Assembly (NCBI RefSeq): GCF_009914755.1 | Contig: NC_060931.1 | Source: the human T2T-CHM13v2.0 reference genome, Homo sapiens | Strand: one strand, 5' to 3' | DNA: 64,000 nt | In this document: positions 28,381 through 39,990 of the stretch, one piece after another | Numbering within the stretch: the stretch's first letter is position 1 | How the letters are laid out: each line of letters opens with the position of its first letter | Position numbers and translations under genes: made by a program | The notes under the pieces: model-generated | What the model saw: only the letters and a program-made list of their open reading frames with translations | Told to the model about the DNA's origin: nothing | Database searches by the model: none

Positions 28381-28722
28381 TTTTAGTTCTTTTTAATTAT
28401 ACTTTAAGTTTTAGGGTACATGTGCACAATGTGCAGGTTAGTTACATATGTATACATGTGCCATGTTGGTGTGCTGCACCCATTAACTCGTCATTTAACA
28501 TTAGGTATATCTCCTAATGCTATCCCTCCCCCTGCCCCATCCCACAACAGTCCCCGGTGTGTGATGCTCCTCTTCCTGTGTCCATGATGAGTTCATGTCC
28601 TTTGTAGGGACATGGATGAAGCTGGAAACCATCATTCTCAGCAAACTATCGCAAGGACAAAAAACCAAACACCGCATGTTCTCATTCACAAGTGGGAATT
28701 GAACAATGAGAACACATGGACC
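28381..28722 (-). mobile_element. Short 5'-inverted L1PA3/4-like insertion with TSD caaacattttt
   Basis: TSD at 28370-28380 and 28723-28733; antisense 3' UTR to 28586, sense segment 28584-28721. Confidence 0.92.
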
Positions 28723-29883
28723 CAAACATTTTTAACATACACTATATTATTGTTGACAATAGGCACAACATTTTACAAAAGATCACTAGAACTTATCCAT
28801 TGTGCTTGACAAACTTCATGATGGTAGATTAGTAACTCTCCACTTCCACTTTGCCCCAACCCCTGGTAACCATTATTGCACTCTTTGATTTTATGAATTT
28901 GGCTATTTTAAATACCTCATATAGTTGAAATTATGCAGTATTTGTCTTTACGTGACCAGCTTATTTTACTTAGCATAATGTGCTCAAAGTTCATCCATAC
29001 TGCAAAATTTCCTCCTTTTACAGGGCTAAGTAGTGTCCCATAATATGAATATACTACATTTTCTTTATTAATTTATCAATCAATGGGCATTCAGGTTGTT
29101 TCCACATCTGCGGTATTGTAAATAGTGCTGCAATGAACATAAGAGTGCTAGCATCTCTTCAAGATCTTTATTTCAATTCGATTGGATAAATACCCAGAAG
29201 TGAGCTTGCTTAGTCACACAGTAGATCTATGTTTAAGTTTGAGGAACCTCCATACTGTTTCCAAATTAACTGCCCCATTTTGCATTCCCATCAACAGAGT
29301 GCAGGGGTTCCAATTTCTCCACATCCTTCCCAACATTTCTCTTTAAAATAACAATAATAATAATAATAACCATTCTAATATGTGATGTCTTCTTTGGGAA
29401 AATGTCACTCAACTCCTTAGAACATTTTTTTAGGGTTTTTTTTTTTTTTGCTATTAAGTTATATGAATTCCCTACATATTTGGGGGATTAAACACTTAGA
29501 CGATTTTCAAATATCTGCTCCCATTCCATAAGCTGCCTTTTCATTCTCTTGATTGTTGCCATTCCTGTGCAAATTTCATGTAGTCCCACATGTTTATTTT
29601 TGTTTTTGTTGCCTGTACTTGAGGTGTCATATACATAAAATCATTGCCAAGACCAATATCATGAATATTTCCACGTGTTTTCTTCTAGTTGTTTTAAATT
29701 TTCAGGTCTCATCTTTAAGTCTTTTGTCCTTTTTGAGCTGATTCTTATTTATGGTATAAGATAAGGATCCAATTTTATTATCTTGTATGTGGATATTCAG
29801 TTTTCCCAAAACCATTTACTCATAAAACTATCATTTTTCTATTGTATATTCTAGGCACTTTTGTCAAGAATCAGTTGACCTTA

Positions 29884-30401
29884 CAGGCATACCTCATTTT
29901 ATTACACTTCACTTTATGGTACTTTACAGATATTTTGTTTTTTTACAAATGTAACTTTGTGGCAACCCTGTTTCCAGCAAGTCTGTTGGCACCATTTTTC
30001 CAACAGCATATACTCACTTCATGTCTCTGAGTCACATGCTGGTAATTTTAACAATATTTCAAACTTTTTCATTATTATTATATCTATTATGGTAATCCAT
30101 AATCAGTGCTCTTTGATGTTACTAGTGTAGTTGTTTGGGGGTATTATGATCTACGCCCATGTAAGACAGTGAAGTTAATCAGTAAATACTCTGTGTATTC
30201 TGACTGTTCCATGGACTGGCCATTCCCCTATCTCTCTCTCTCCCCTCAGATCTCCCTATTCCCTGAGACACAACAATATTGAAATTAGGCCAATTAATAA
30301 TGATACAATCACCTCTAAGTATTCACATGAAAGGAAGAGTTACATATCTCTCACCTGAAAACAGAAGCTAGAGATTATAAAGTTTAGTGAGGAAGGCATG
30401 T
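29884..30401 (+). mobile_element. Tigger1 left-end fragment including transposase start
   Basis: ta|caggcatacctcattttatt...aagctagagattataaagtttagtgaggaaggcatgt; no right end. Confidence 0.9.
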
Positions 30402-31970
30402 GATCTAAAACAGGGACAATTTTGCTTCTTTCTAATTTGCATGTCTTTTATTTATTTCTCTTGCCTCATTGCTCCAGTTAGGACTTCCAGTGCTGTATGT
30501 GTAGAAGTAGCAACAATAGGCATTCTTGCCTTTTTCCTGATCTTAGAGAAAAAGCTTTCAACTTTTCCCAATAATTATGATGTTAGCTGTGTGTTTTGTT
30601 ATATATGGCCTTAATGATGTTAAGGTAATTTCCTTCTATTACTAGTTTGTTGAGAGTTTTTATCATAAATGTTTGCTGAGATTTGTCAGACACTTTATCT
30701 TCACCTATTTAGATGATCATGTGATTTTTATCCTTTATTTTATTAATATAGTTTATCACATTAATTGTGTTGAACCATCTTTGCATCCCAGAAATAAAGA
30801 CCCCTTGGTCATGGTGTAAGATCCTTTTAAAATGCTGTTGAATTCAGTTTGTTATACTTTGCTCTGATCTTTATGATTCCCCTCCTTCTGCCAGCTTTGA
30901 GCTTTGTATCTTGCTAGTGTTCAGTTGAGAACTTTTGCATGTATATTTATCATGGTTACTGACTTGTAGTTTTCTTGATACCAAAAGGTATCAGGGTGAT
31001 GCTGATGAAACGAACTTGGAAATATTTCCTTCTTTTCAATATTTTGAAATGATTTGAGAAGTAATGTTATCAGCTTTTCTTTAAATGCTTAGTAGAATTA
31101 AACAGTGAAGCTATCAGATCCACAGCTTTTCTTTGGAAATTTTTTTTATCACAGATAACAACTCCATACTAGTTATGTCTATTCAGACTATTTCTTTATG
31201 ATTTAGTCTTCATAAGTTCTATGTTGGTAAAAACTTATCCATTTATTCTAGGTCATTCAGTTTGTTAGCATAAACTTATATGCTATAATTGTTTGTAATA
31301 GACTTTATAATTATTTTTATTTTTGTGGCATCAGTTATAATGTTCATTTTTATTTCTGATTTTATTTCAGTCTCCATTTTTTTAGTCTAGCTAACAGTAT
31401 GTCCATTTAATATTTTCAGAATACCAACTCTTAGCTCTGTTGATTTCTTTCTATTATTTGTCTATTTCAGTCATTCCTAGTCTAATCTGTTATTTTCTTT
31501 TTCCTGCTAACTTTAGGTTTAGCTTGGTTTTCATTGGTCTAGTTCCTAAAGTGTAAAGTTTAGTTCTTTATTTAAGATCTTTCTTGATTTTTAATGTAGG
31601 CATTTATTGCTATGAAAGTCTCTCTTAGTATTGCTTTGCCACGTCCCATAAATTTTGGTATGTTGTATTTGTATTTTCATTTGTCTCAAGGTATTTCCTA
31701 ATTTCCTCTTAAAGTTTGTCTTTAACCCAATGATTATTTAAGAGTGTGTTCTTTAATTTCCACTTGTGTAAATTTTCTAGTTTTCTTTTTGTCACTGATT
31801 TTAAGTTTATTTCATTGTGGTCAGAAAACATACTTCGTATGATTTTAATCTTCTTAACTTTGTTAAGATTTGTTTAGTGACCTAACTCACAATCCATTCT
31901 GGAGAAAAATCTATATATACTTGAGAAGAATATGTATTTTGCTATTGTTGAGTGAAATGTCCTATATCTC

Positions 31971-32051
31971 TGTGTGTGTGTGTATATATATATACTATAT
32001 ATATATAGTGTGTATATATATATAGTATATATATATCTGTATATATGTATC

Positions 32052-32119
<68 letters not shown>
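31971..32119. repeat. Compound (TG)n/(TA)n microsatellite ending in (TA)19
   Basis: Direct reading; a second smaller TA/TG/CA tract lies at 32223-32274. Confidence 0.95.
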
Positions 32120-32122
<3 letters not shown>

Positions 32123-34599
32123 TCATTCTAGTCCTGTTTCCTTATTGACCTTCCATCTGGATGTTCTGTCCATTATTGGCCGATGTTGGCTTTATATATT
32201 TTGGCACTTTTCTGTTTAATGCATATATATATATATGTGTGTGTGCGTGTGTGTGTATACACACACACATATATAATTGTGAGATCTTTCTGGTCGAGTG
32301 ACCCTTTTATCATTAGTCATTATAAAAATTCTTCTGTCTTTTGTTACAGTTCTAGACATAGTTCTATTTTGTCTAAGATTGCTTGCTTAGACCCTTGCTC
32401 TCTTTCAGTTAGCATTTGCATAGAATATCTTTTTCCATTCCTTCAGTGATTAAGTGAAGTAATGAATAATGAAATGAAGCCATAATAAAAAGTCTCCCAT
32501 CAAAAAAATAAAAATAAAAAAAGCCTAAGACCTAATGGCTTGAGAGCTGATTTCTACTATCTTTTAAAGAACAATACCAACTGTACTTAAACTCCTTATA
32601 AAATTAAAGAGGAGGGAATCCTTCCAAACTCATTCTACAAGGCTAGCATTACCCTGATACTAAAACCAGACAAGGACACACAAAGAAAGAAAGAAAAACA
32701 CAGGCCAATATCACTGATGAACATAGATGCAAATATTCTCAACAAAATACTAGCAAAGCAAATCCAACAGTACAATAAAAAGATCACACACCATGATCAA
32801 GTGGAATTCATCCCTGGGAGGCAAGGATGGTTTCACATATACAAATCAATAAATGTGATACATCACATTAATAAAATAAAGAACAAAAATTATATGAGTA
32901 TTTCGACAGATGAAAAAAAGGCATTTGATAAAATTCACCATCCCTACATGCAAAATACCCTCAACAAACTAGGAATAGAAGGAAAATACCTCAAAATGGA
33001 AGAATCAAATATGATGAAGCCACAGATGACATCACAGTCAATGGGGAAAAATTGAAACTCTTTCCTCTAAGATCTAGAAAAAGACAAAGATGCCCACTTT
33101 CACCACTTTCATTCAACAAATACTGGAAGTCCTGGCCACAGCAATTAGCTAAGGGAAAGAAATAAAGGGCTTCAAAGCTGGAAAGAAAGAAGTCAAATTA
33201 TCCTTATTTGTAGAATGTGATGTTATTTTTAAAGAAATTGAAAGACTATAAAAAACCTGTTACAATTGATAAACAAATTCAGTGAAGTTACAGGATATGA
33301 AATCAATATACAAAACTCAGTAGCATTTGTATACACCAAGAACAAACAATCTGAAAAGAAATCAAGAAAGCAATTGCATTTGCAATAGCTACAACGGTTA
33401 TAAAATACTTAGAAATCAATTTAACCAAAGAAGTGAAAGATCTATATAAGAAAAATGATTTAAAAATTGATGAAATAAATTAAAAGATCACACAAAAAAG
33501 TGAAAAGATATTCCATACTCATGAATTTTAAGAATTAATATTGTGAAAATGGCAATACTACTAAAAGTAATTTATAGAGTCAATGCAATTTGTATCAAAA
33601 TACCAATGACATTTTTCACAGAAATATAAAACAATCCTAAAATCTGCGTGGACCTACAAAAGACCCCAAATAGTCTTAATCAAAAAGAACAAAGCTGGAG
33701 CCACCACATTACCCAACTTCAAATATGACTGCAAAGCTATAGTAACCAAATCAACATGTTATTGGCATAAAAACAGATATGTAGACCAATGGAGAAGTAT
33801 TGAGAACCCAGATATTAATCCATACATTTACAGCTAACTGCTTTGACAAAGGCACCAAGAACATAGAATACAGAAAGAACAGTCTCTTCAATAAATTGTA
33901 CTGGGAAAACTGAATAACCACATGCAAAAGAATGAAACTAGACCCCGATCTCTTGCCATACATAAAAATCAAATCAAAATGAATTGAAATCTTAAATCTT
34001 AGACCTAGAATTATGAAACCCTAGAGAAAAAAATTGGGTAAATGAGCCAGGACATGGGTCTGGGCAAATAATTTTTGTGTAAGACCTCAAAAGCACAGGC
34101 AGCCAAAGCAAAAACTGACATATGGGATTATATTAAGCTAAAATGCTTCTGCACAGCAAAGGAAATAATCAACGAAGTGAAGAGACAACCAGCAGAATGG
34201 GGAAAAATATTTACAAACTATTCAACTGACAAAAGATTAACACAGAACATATAAGGAGCTCAAACAACTCAATAGCAATAAAAACACCCCAATTAAAAAC
34301 TGGGCAAAGGACCTGGATAGCCATTTCTCAGAAGAATGCATACAAATGGCCAACAGTTATATGAAAAAACCTCAATATAACTAATCATCAGAGAAATGCA
34401 AATCAAAAATGCAACTAAATGGCAGTGAGATGATATCTCATTGTCTTGTATCTTTTGGTCTCATAGCAAAAAGACAGGGAAAAACAGATGCTGGCAAAGA
34501 TGTGGAGAAAGGGGAATCCTTGCACAGTGTTGATGGAAGTATCAATTACCACAGCCACTGTGGAAAACCGTATGGATATTTCTCAAAAAACTAAAAATT

Positions 34600-34781
34600 G
34601 GGGGTGGGGGGTTGAGCCAAGATGTCTGAATAGAGGCAGCTCCATTCTGCAGCTCCCACCAAGAAGGACAAAAACTACAAGTGAACTCTGCATCTTCAAT
34701 TGAGGTACTGAAGTTCTCCTACTGGGATTGCCTAGGTGGCTGGCATGACCCATGGAGAGTGAGCAAAAACAGGGTGGAACG
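34600..34781 (+). mobile_element. Isolated 5' terminus (~180 bp) of an older L1PA (about PA8-PA11)
   Basis: G-run then gccaagatgtctgaatagaggcagctcc...ctgcagctccca...ttcaattgaggtac...cccatggagagtgagcaaaaacagggtgg. Confidence 0.8.
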
Positions 34782-35165
34782 TGAGATTTGGGAGGGGCCA
34801 GGGGTGGAATTATATGGTTTGTCTGTGTCCCCACCCAAATCTCATCTTGAATTGTAGTCCCCATAATTCCCATGTGTCGTGGGAGGGACCTTGTGGGAGG
34901 TAATTGAATCATGCTGGTGGTTACCCTCATGCTGTTCTTGTGATAATGAGTAAATCTCATGAGATCTGATGGTTTTATAAAGGGGAGTTCTCCTGCACAG
35001 GTTTTCTCTTGTCTGCTGCCATGTAAGAGATACCTTTTGCCTGCTGCCATGATTGTGAGGCCTCTCCAGCCATGTGGAACTGTGAGTCCATTAGGCCTCT
35101 TTTTCTTTAGAAATTATCCTATCTTGAGTATGTCTTGATCAGTAGCATGAAAATGGACTAATATA
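34782..35165 (+). mobile_element. THE1 internal 3' tip/PPT (34782-34809) plus THE1B/C-like 3' LTR (34810-35165)
   Basis: tgagatttgggaggggccaggggtggaa|ttatatggtttgtctgtgtccccacccaaatctc...aaaatggactaatata. Confidence 0.9.
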
Positions 35166-35414
35166 GTGATGCTTATCCCAATTCTTCTGATTTGATCTTT
35201 ACACATTATATGAAGGTATCAAATTATACATACCCCCAAGATGTGTCTATTATGTATCAATATTTCTGATATATAAAATTAATTTTAAAAAACTAATAAT
35301 AAAGTAAACTTATAGAACAGCAAATAGTTTGGGCTATTTTTAATCCATTTTTTAATCCTTTTTTTAAATCCATTCAGCCACCCTATGTTTGATTAGGGAG
35401 TTTAATTTATTTAC

Positions 35415-35765
35415 TGTATTAGTTTGTTTTCATGCTGCATCAAGACATACCCAAAACCGGAACAAAAGAGGTTTAATTGGACTTACAGTTCCACATGGCT
35501 GGGGAGGCCTCAGAATCATGGTGGGAAGTGAAAGGCACTTCCTACATGGCAGCAGCAAGAGAAAAAGGAGGAGGAAGCAAAAGTGGAAACCCCTGATCAA
35601 ACCATCGAATCTCATGAGACTTATTCACTATAATGAAAATAGCACGGGAAAAACCAGCCCCTATGATTCAATTATGTCCCCATGGGTCCCTCCTACAACA
35701 TGTGAGAATTCTGAGAGATACAATTCAAGTTGAGATTTGGGTGAGGACACAGCCAAACGACATTA
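35415..35765 (-). mobile_element. THE1A-like solo LTR with 5-bp TSD tttac
   Basis: tgtattagt...gagatttgggtgaggacacagccaaac; tttac at 35410-35414 and 35766-35770. Confidence 0.92.
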
Positions 35766-37345
35766 TTTACATTTAAAGTAATTATTGATAGGGAAGGATT
35801 TGCTATTGCCACTTTATTCATTGTTTTCTACTGGTCTTATAGTTCTTCTATTGTATTTTCCTTTCCTATTGCTTTCCTTTGTGTTTTGTCCACTTTTCGT
35901 ATTAGCACACTTTGATCTTTTTCTCTTTTGATTTTGTGTAACTTTGTGGGTATAACATGTCTCTGGGTGAATTTCTTTGTGTTGATCTAATTTGGTATCT
36001 TCTAGGCTTCCTAGATGTGGATGATCATTTCCTTCCCCAGATTTGGAAAGTTTTCACCCATTATTTCTCTGAATAAGCTTTATGGTTCTTTTTCTTCTCC
36101 TAGTACTCCCATAATGTGCATATTGCTCCTATTGATGATGTCCCATAATTCCTCTATGCTTTCTCCACTTTTTCATTTTTTTTTGTTTTTCTACTGAATT
36201 ATTTTTAGTGATCTTTCAATTCACTCATCCTTTCTTCTGATTAATCTAGTCTGCTATTGAATCCCTCTAGTAAATTTTTAGTTGAGTTATTGTGCTCTTC
36301 AGCTCCATGATTTCTGTTTGGTACTTTTAATATTTTCTATCTCTTTGTTGAAATTCTTACTTTATACATGCATTGTTCTTTTGACCTCACTGAGCATCTT
36401 TTTAAGAGTTATTTTTAATTCTCTGTCTGTAAATTATATACCTCCTTTTCATTAGGCTTTGGTTTCTGTAGATTTACCTTGTTCTTTTGTTTGAAACATC
36501 TTTGCCTGGTTTTTCATTTTTCTTGACTCTCTGTGTTGATGTCTGCATATTACACAAAGCAGGCACCCCTCTGTCTTCACAAACTGACCTGTATAGGAAA
36601 AGACCTTCACCAATCATCCTAGCCAGGGATTCTGAGATCGTCTATTAACTCTTTTCCTCTCAAGGAAGAAGTAGGCAGCTGCAGTTTCTGACTACTTGCT
36701 CTGTGCTGAGCTAGGGTGGGGAGCTTTGGCATCTACCAATCCAAGTCAACATGCCCATTGTTCCCCAGGCAGCTAGACTGTACTGGATCTGTCAGAGCTT
36801 CAAGATTGGTGAGGCAGGTACTAGTTCTTTGGGCAGCTCTGGAAACTGGGCATTGATGTACACGTCAACTCTCCCCCTACCAGAGGAAACTGAGAGCTGG
36901 TTTTATTTTTATTTTTTTCCATCTATTTGCTCTGTGCTTAACTGAGGGGAGGATCCATGTCATCTACTACCTCTGTTCTCCTCCAGGTGGCTAGACTATT
37001 CTGGACCCTTCAGATATCCAAAAGCCCCCTGAGAAAATTTGGGGTATTAGACACATGAAAAAACACCTTCCCTGCTCTGGGTGAAGCTGAGAGCTAGTGT
37101 ACCTTTACTTGGTCATATAGTGCTGTGCTAGGGGTAGGGTTTCTGGTGAAAGGGTATCTTAAATCTTCCCACTAGCTTTGTTAAGTCTGGTTTCATATTT
37201 GGTTTTCAGGATGCCAGAGCTTTTCTGGTTTCTCACAAAGGGGATTTGTCCATGAGTTGCTGCTGAATTGATGTGTTTATGAGGTATATTTGTGGGGGAA
37301 GAAGGGTCAAGGGCTTTCTATTTCACTATATTGCTGATATCATTT

Positions 37346-37414
37346 CATATTTCTATTGTTTTAAGCCCCAAAGTTTGTGGTAATTTGTTATGGCAGCTTT
37401 AAGAAACTAACACG
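37346..37414 (+). mobile_element. Right end of the MLT1 LTR begun at 27886
   Basis: atttctattgttttaagcccc...tttgtggtaatttgttatggcagc...aaactaacac. Confidence 0.85.
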
Positions 37415-38839
37415 GTTCCCAAAAGATAACAAAAAATACAATGGCAAAAAGTTAAAAATTGTTAAAACCAGATTTGAAAAAAAAAGATTACCAGCCATAG
37501 GACATATGTTCTCAACTTCAGATGGGGGAGGGATGAGAGTAGATACAGATTCATTTGTACTATTTCAAAATAAGTTTTAAAGTACAAAAGTCAGTGCTAT
37601 TAATTGAGATTCTTAACTGTTGATGTTATACAAGAGTTTCAAGAATCAACAAGCTTTAAAAATTAATGCATCATTAAATGTATGTAGCTCATCAATTCTT
37701 TTTAATGATATTCAGTTACCCCCAAAACACAACCTGCAGGCACAGTGAAATTCACTTGGGTGATGATTCTAAACATTATGGAACGTCAACCTCTAGCAAT
37801 TCAAATCTGCCCAATTGTATTTCCTTTTCACTACTGATAAATTTTCAAACTGAAACCTTTCAAACCACACATCTTGGTTACAAAATAAATTTTAAGCATT
37901 AGAATATGGTTGTTTCCATACTAAAAGAGATGAAAAAGATTCTAGTATTTATTTTCTTGTATACAACAGTTTTAAACCTTCTAAAGCTGTTTTCTATTTC
38001 TTTCATTCATCAAGCACATGAAAAAAGTAATTGTCCTAAAAGTAGAGAAAAAATGTGAAAGACGTTGCAATTCACTTTATAGCATCTTGCAAGTTATAAA
38101 CTCATGTGTTTAACAACTTCTTTAAAGAACCTAGATATTATTATACTGAGTTACATCTACAAATTATATAACAACCTAGTTTTATGCTTTTCATAAGTCT
38201 CAAGGAATGTTCTTGCTACCCCAACTTTGAATCACTCTAACATTTCAGAAACTTCTTGTTTTCCCCAATCCATTATATCTGTCTACTGAAGCAGTAAATA
38301 GCCCAACATTTTTAGTGCTGAAAACCACAAATGTAACATCTTATAAGAATGAATTAATAATGAGAAAATTTTTTATGAAATGACAATAGTTCATGAATTA
38401 TACTTTAAGAGTAAGAAGTTTTTGGTTCTCAGGGTTGATAATAACTAGAAGTTGTGAGAGATGTTCCTGGTTCTACTACCACCAGACCTCAGATATATGG
38501 TACTCTGGTCTTACAGGAAGCAGAGAAGCTTTCAAGGTACCCTCTTTCATCACTATATAAACAGAAAGACTATCCAAACCTGACCTTTAAGGAGCAAACA
38601 ACAAGAATGGTGACAGTTAGGAGCCTAGAAGCCTAAGCAGAACTGCTCACGGCCATGAGTGGAAATTCCTGAGGGAAACTTCTGGGAATCTGAGAAAATA
38701 GAGGCCAGTGTGGCACACAGCAAGACTGGACCAGCATACCATGAAAGGGCAAAGTTCCCTAGAGTTGCCACAAGGCCCCAGTAATATGGCTGCACGTTAA
38801 TCCTTGAACAGAATAAGCTAAATCTGAGACTTACTCTGA

Positions 38840-39550
38840 TTGCAAACTCTTGACGAGGAGTAAAATATTTGCATGGTCTTAATTTCTTCTCACAGATTGT
38901 TTATTAGTTTGAAAGGGTGAAAATAATTAATTATATTGCAGATAAATAAGTTAGTATCTTGACCAAGTGATCAAAATTAGCATCACCATTGAGAGACAGA
39001 TGGATATGCGTACCTCTGCATGTTATACCCTGAGAAGTACATAGCAGTACCTATCCAGTATTACAGCAAAGAATTAGAAAATATTTTAAAGACAATATCT
39101 AAAAATACAAAAAACTGTAAAATATATTATAGATGATAAGTTATAAAACTCTAATGAAAACATTTAAAAAGATAAATAAATAGGGAGCTACTCCAGGTTC
39201 AAGGATAGAAAGATTTCACATCATAAAAATGTCAGTTTTCCCTAAATTGATGTATATATTTAATGCATCTCCAACCAATGTACCAATGGGGCTTTTCACA
39301 CAATTAGAACAGTTGATTCTAAAATTTCTATGGAAAAGCCAAGCATAACAATACTTCAGAAGAAGGAAATAGGAGATTTGTCTCACCATATATATGGATG
39401 CATTATAAAGCTATCTTAGAAGACAATATGATATTAGTATAAGGAAATAAACTGGCTAGTGGAAAAGAACAGCATCCAGAAATAAGCTCATATTTTATAT
39501 GGAATTTTGATAGGTGGCAGAGGTGACACCATCTGTCCCTGGAGAAAAAA
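38840..39550 (+). mobile_element. Ancient L1M fragments
   Basis: ccaagtgatcaaaattagcatcacca; ORF2-like ttgattctaaaatttctatggaaa. Confidence 0.6.
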
Positions 39551-39837
39551 AAGGGTGGGTGTTTTTTGAAGTCTTTTGTTTTTTTCCCCAGTTACTTTGA
39601 TGGTTCATGCTCATCATTTATTAGTAAGGGGAAGAAGAAAGAAAGAAAAGCAAATGGGCATATAAAGTGACCTCTCTGTGTCTTTTCTGATGCTTCTATT
39701 GCTGACAGAAATAGTAGTTATTAGAACCTAGACATTTTTATATATTACATTTATAATCACACCAGTTTGAGAATAAGCCCCAATAGGCCCATGACGTCAC
39801 AAATCATAATTTTGCTCTGGTGGAAATTTGGATATGT

Positions 39838-39990
39838 ATATTATTTTCAAATTGTAGTTTGCATAAGAATCGAAGTATTTGAAAAAAAAATGTAGAGATT
39901 ATAACTCAGTAGATCTGGTGTGCGGTCAGAAAAATGACATTTTTAACAAGGCTCTGGGTAATTCTGAAAACCATATTTTGAGAAAAGCTA
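39838..39990. mobile_element. MER5-family remnant
   Basis: tcagtagatctggtgtgcgg...catttttaacaag...tttgagaaa. Confidence 0.6.

Larger units (their letters stand above)
32460..35290 (+). mobile_element. 5'-truncated L1MA (MA4/5-like): ORF2 32460-34598 and 3' terminus 35166-35290
   Basis: RT fragment ORF 32717-33055 ([13 protein letters not shown]); 3' end gatttgatctttacacattatatgaa. Confidence 0.85.
28305..37345 (-). mobile_element. Old L1M (L1MA9/10-like 3' end) with 5' terminus retained, internally deleted, hosting several nested insertions
   Basis: Poly-T at 28305; antisense ORF2 28740-32445 and 35300-35940; antisense ORF1/5' region 35950-37345 ending actatattgctgatatc, resembling the reverse of an L1 start. 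Confidence 0.8.

Noticed and set aside
34585-35300. aaaaaactaaaaat / aaaaaactaataat as a TSD around the L1PA-THE1 block
   Set aside because: The second copy lies in the L1MA A-rich tail and is not followed by the expected ORF2 continuation; probably chance
34583-35733. ORFs of 155 and 114 aa
   Set aside because: Read-through of THE1 LTRs and an L1 5' UTR
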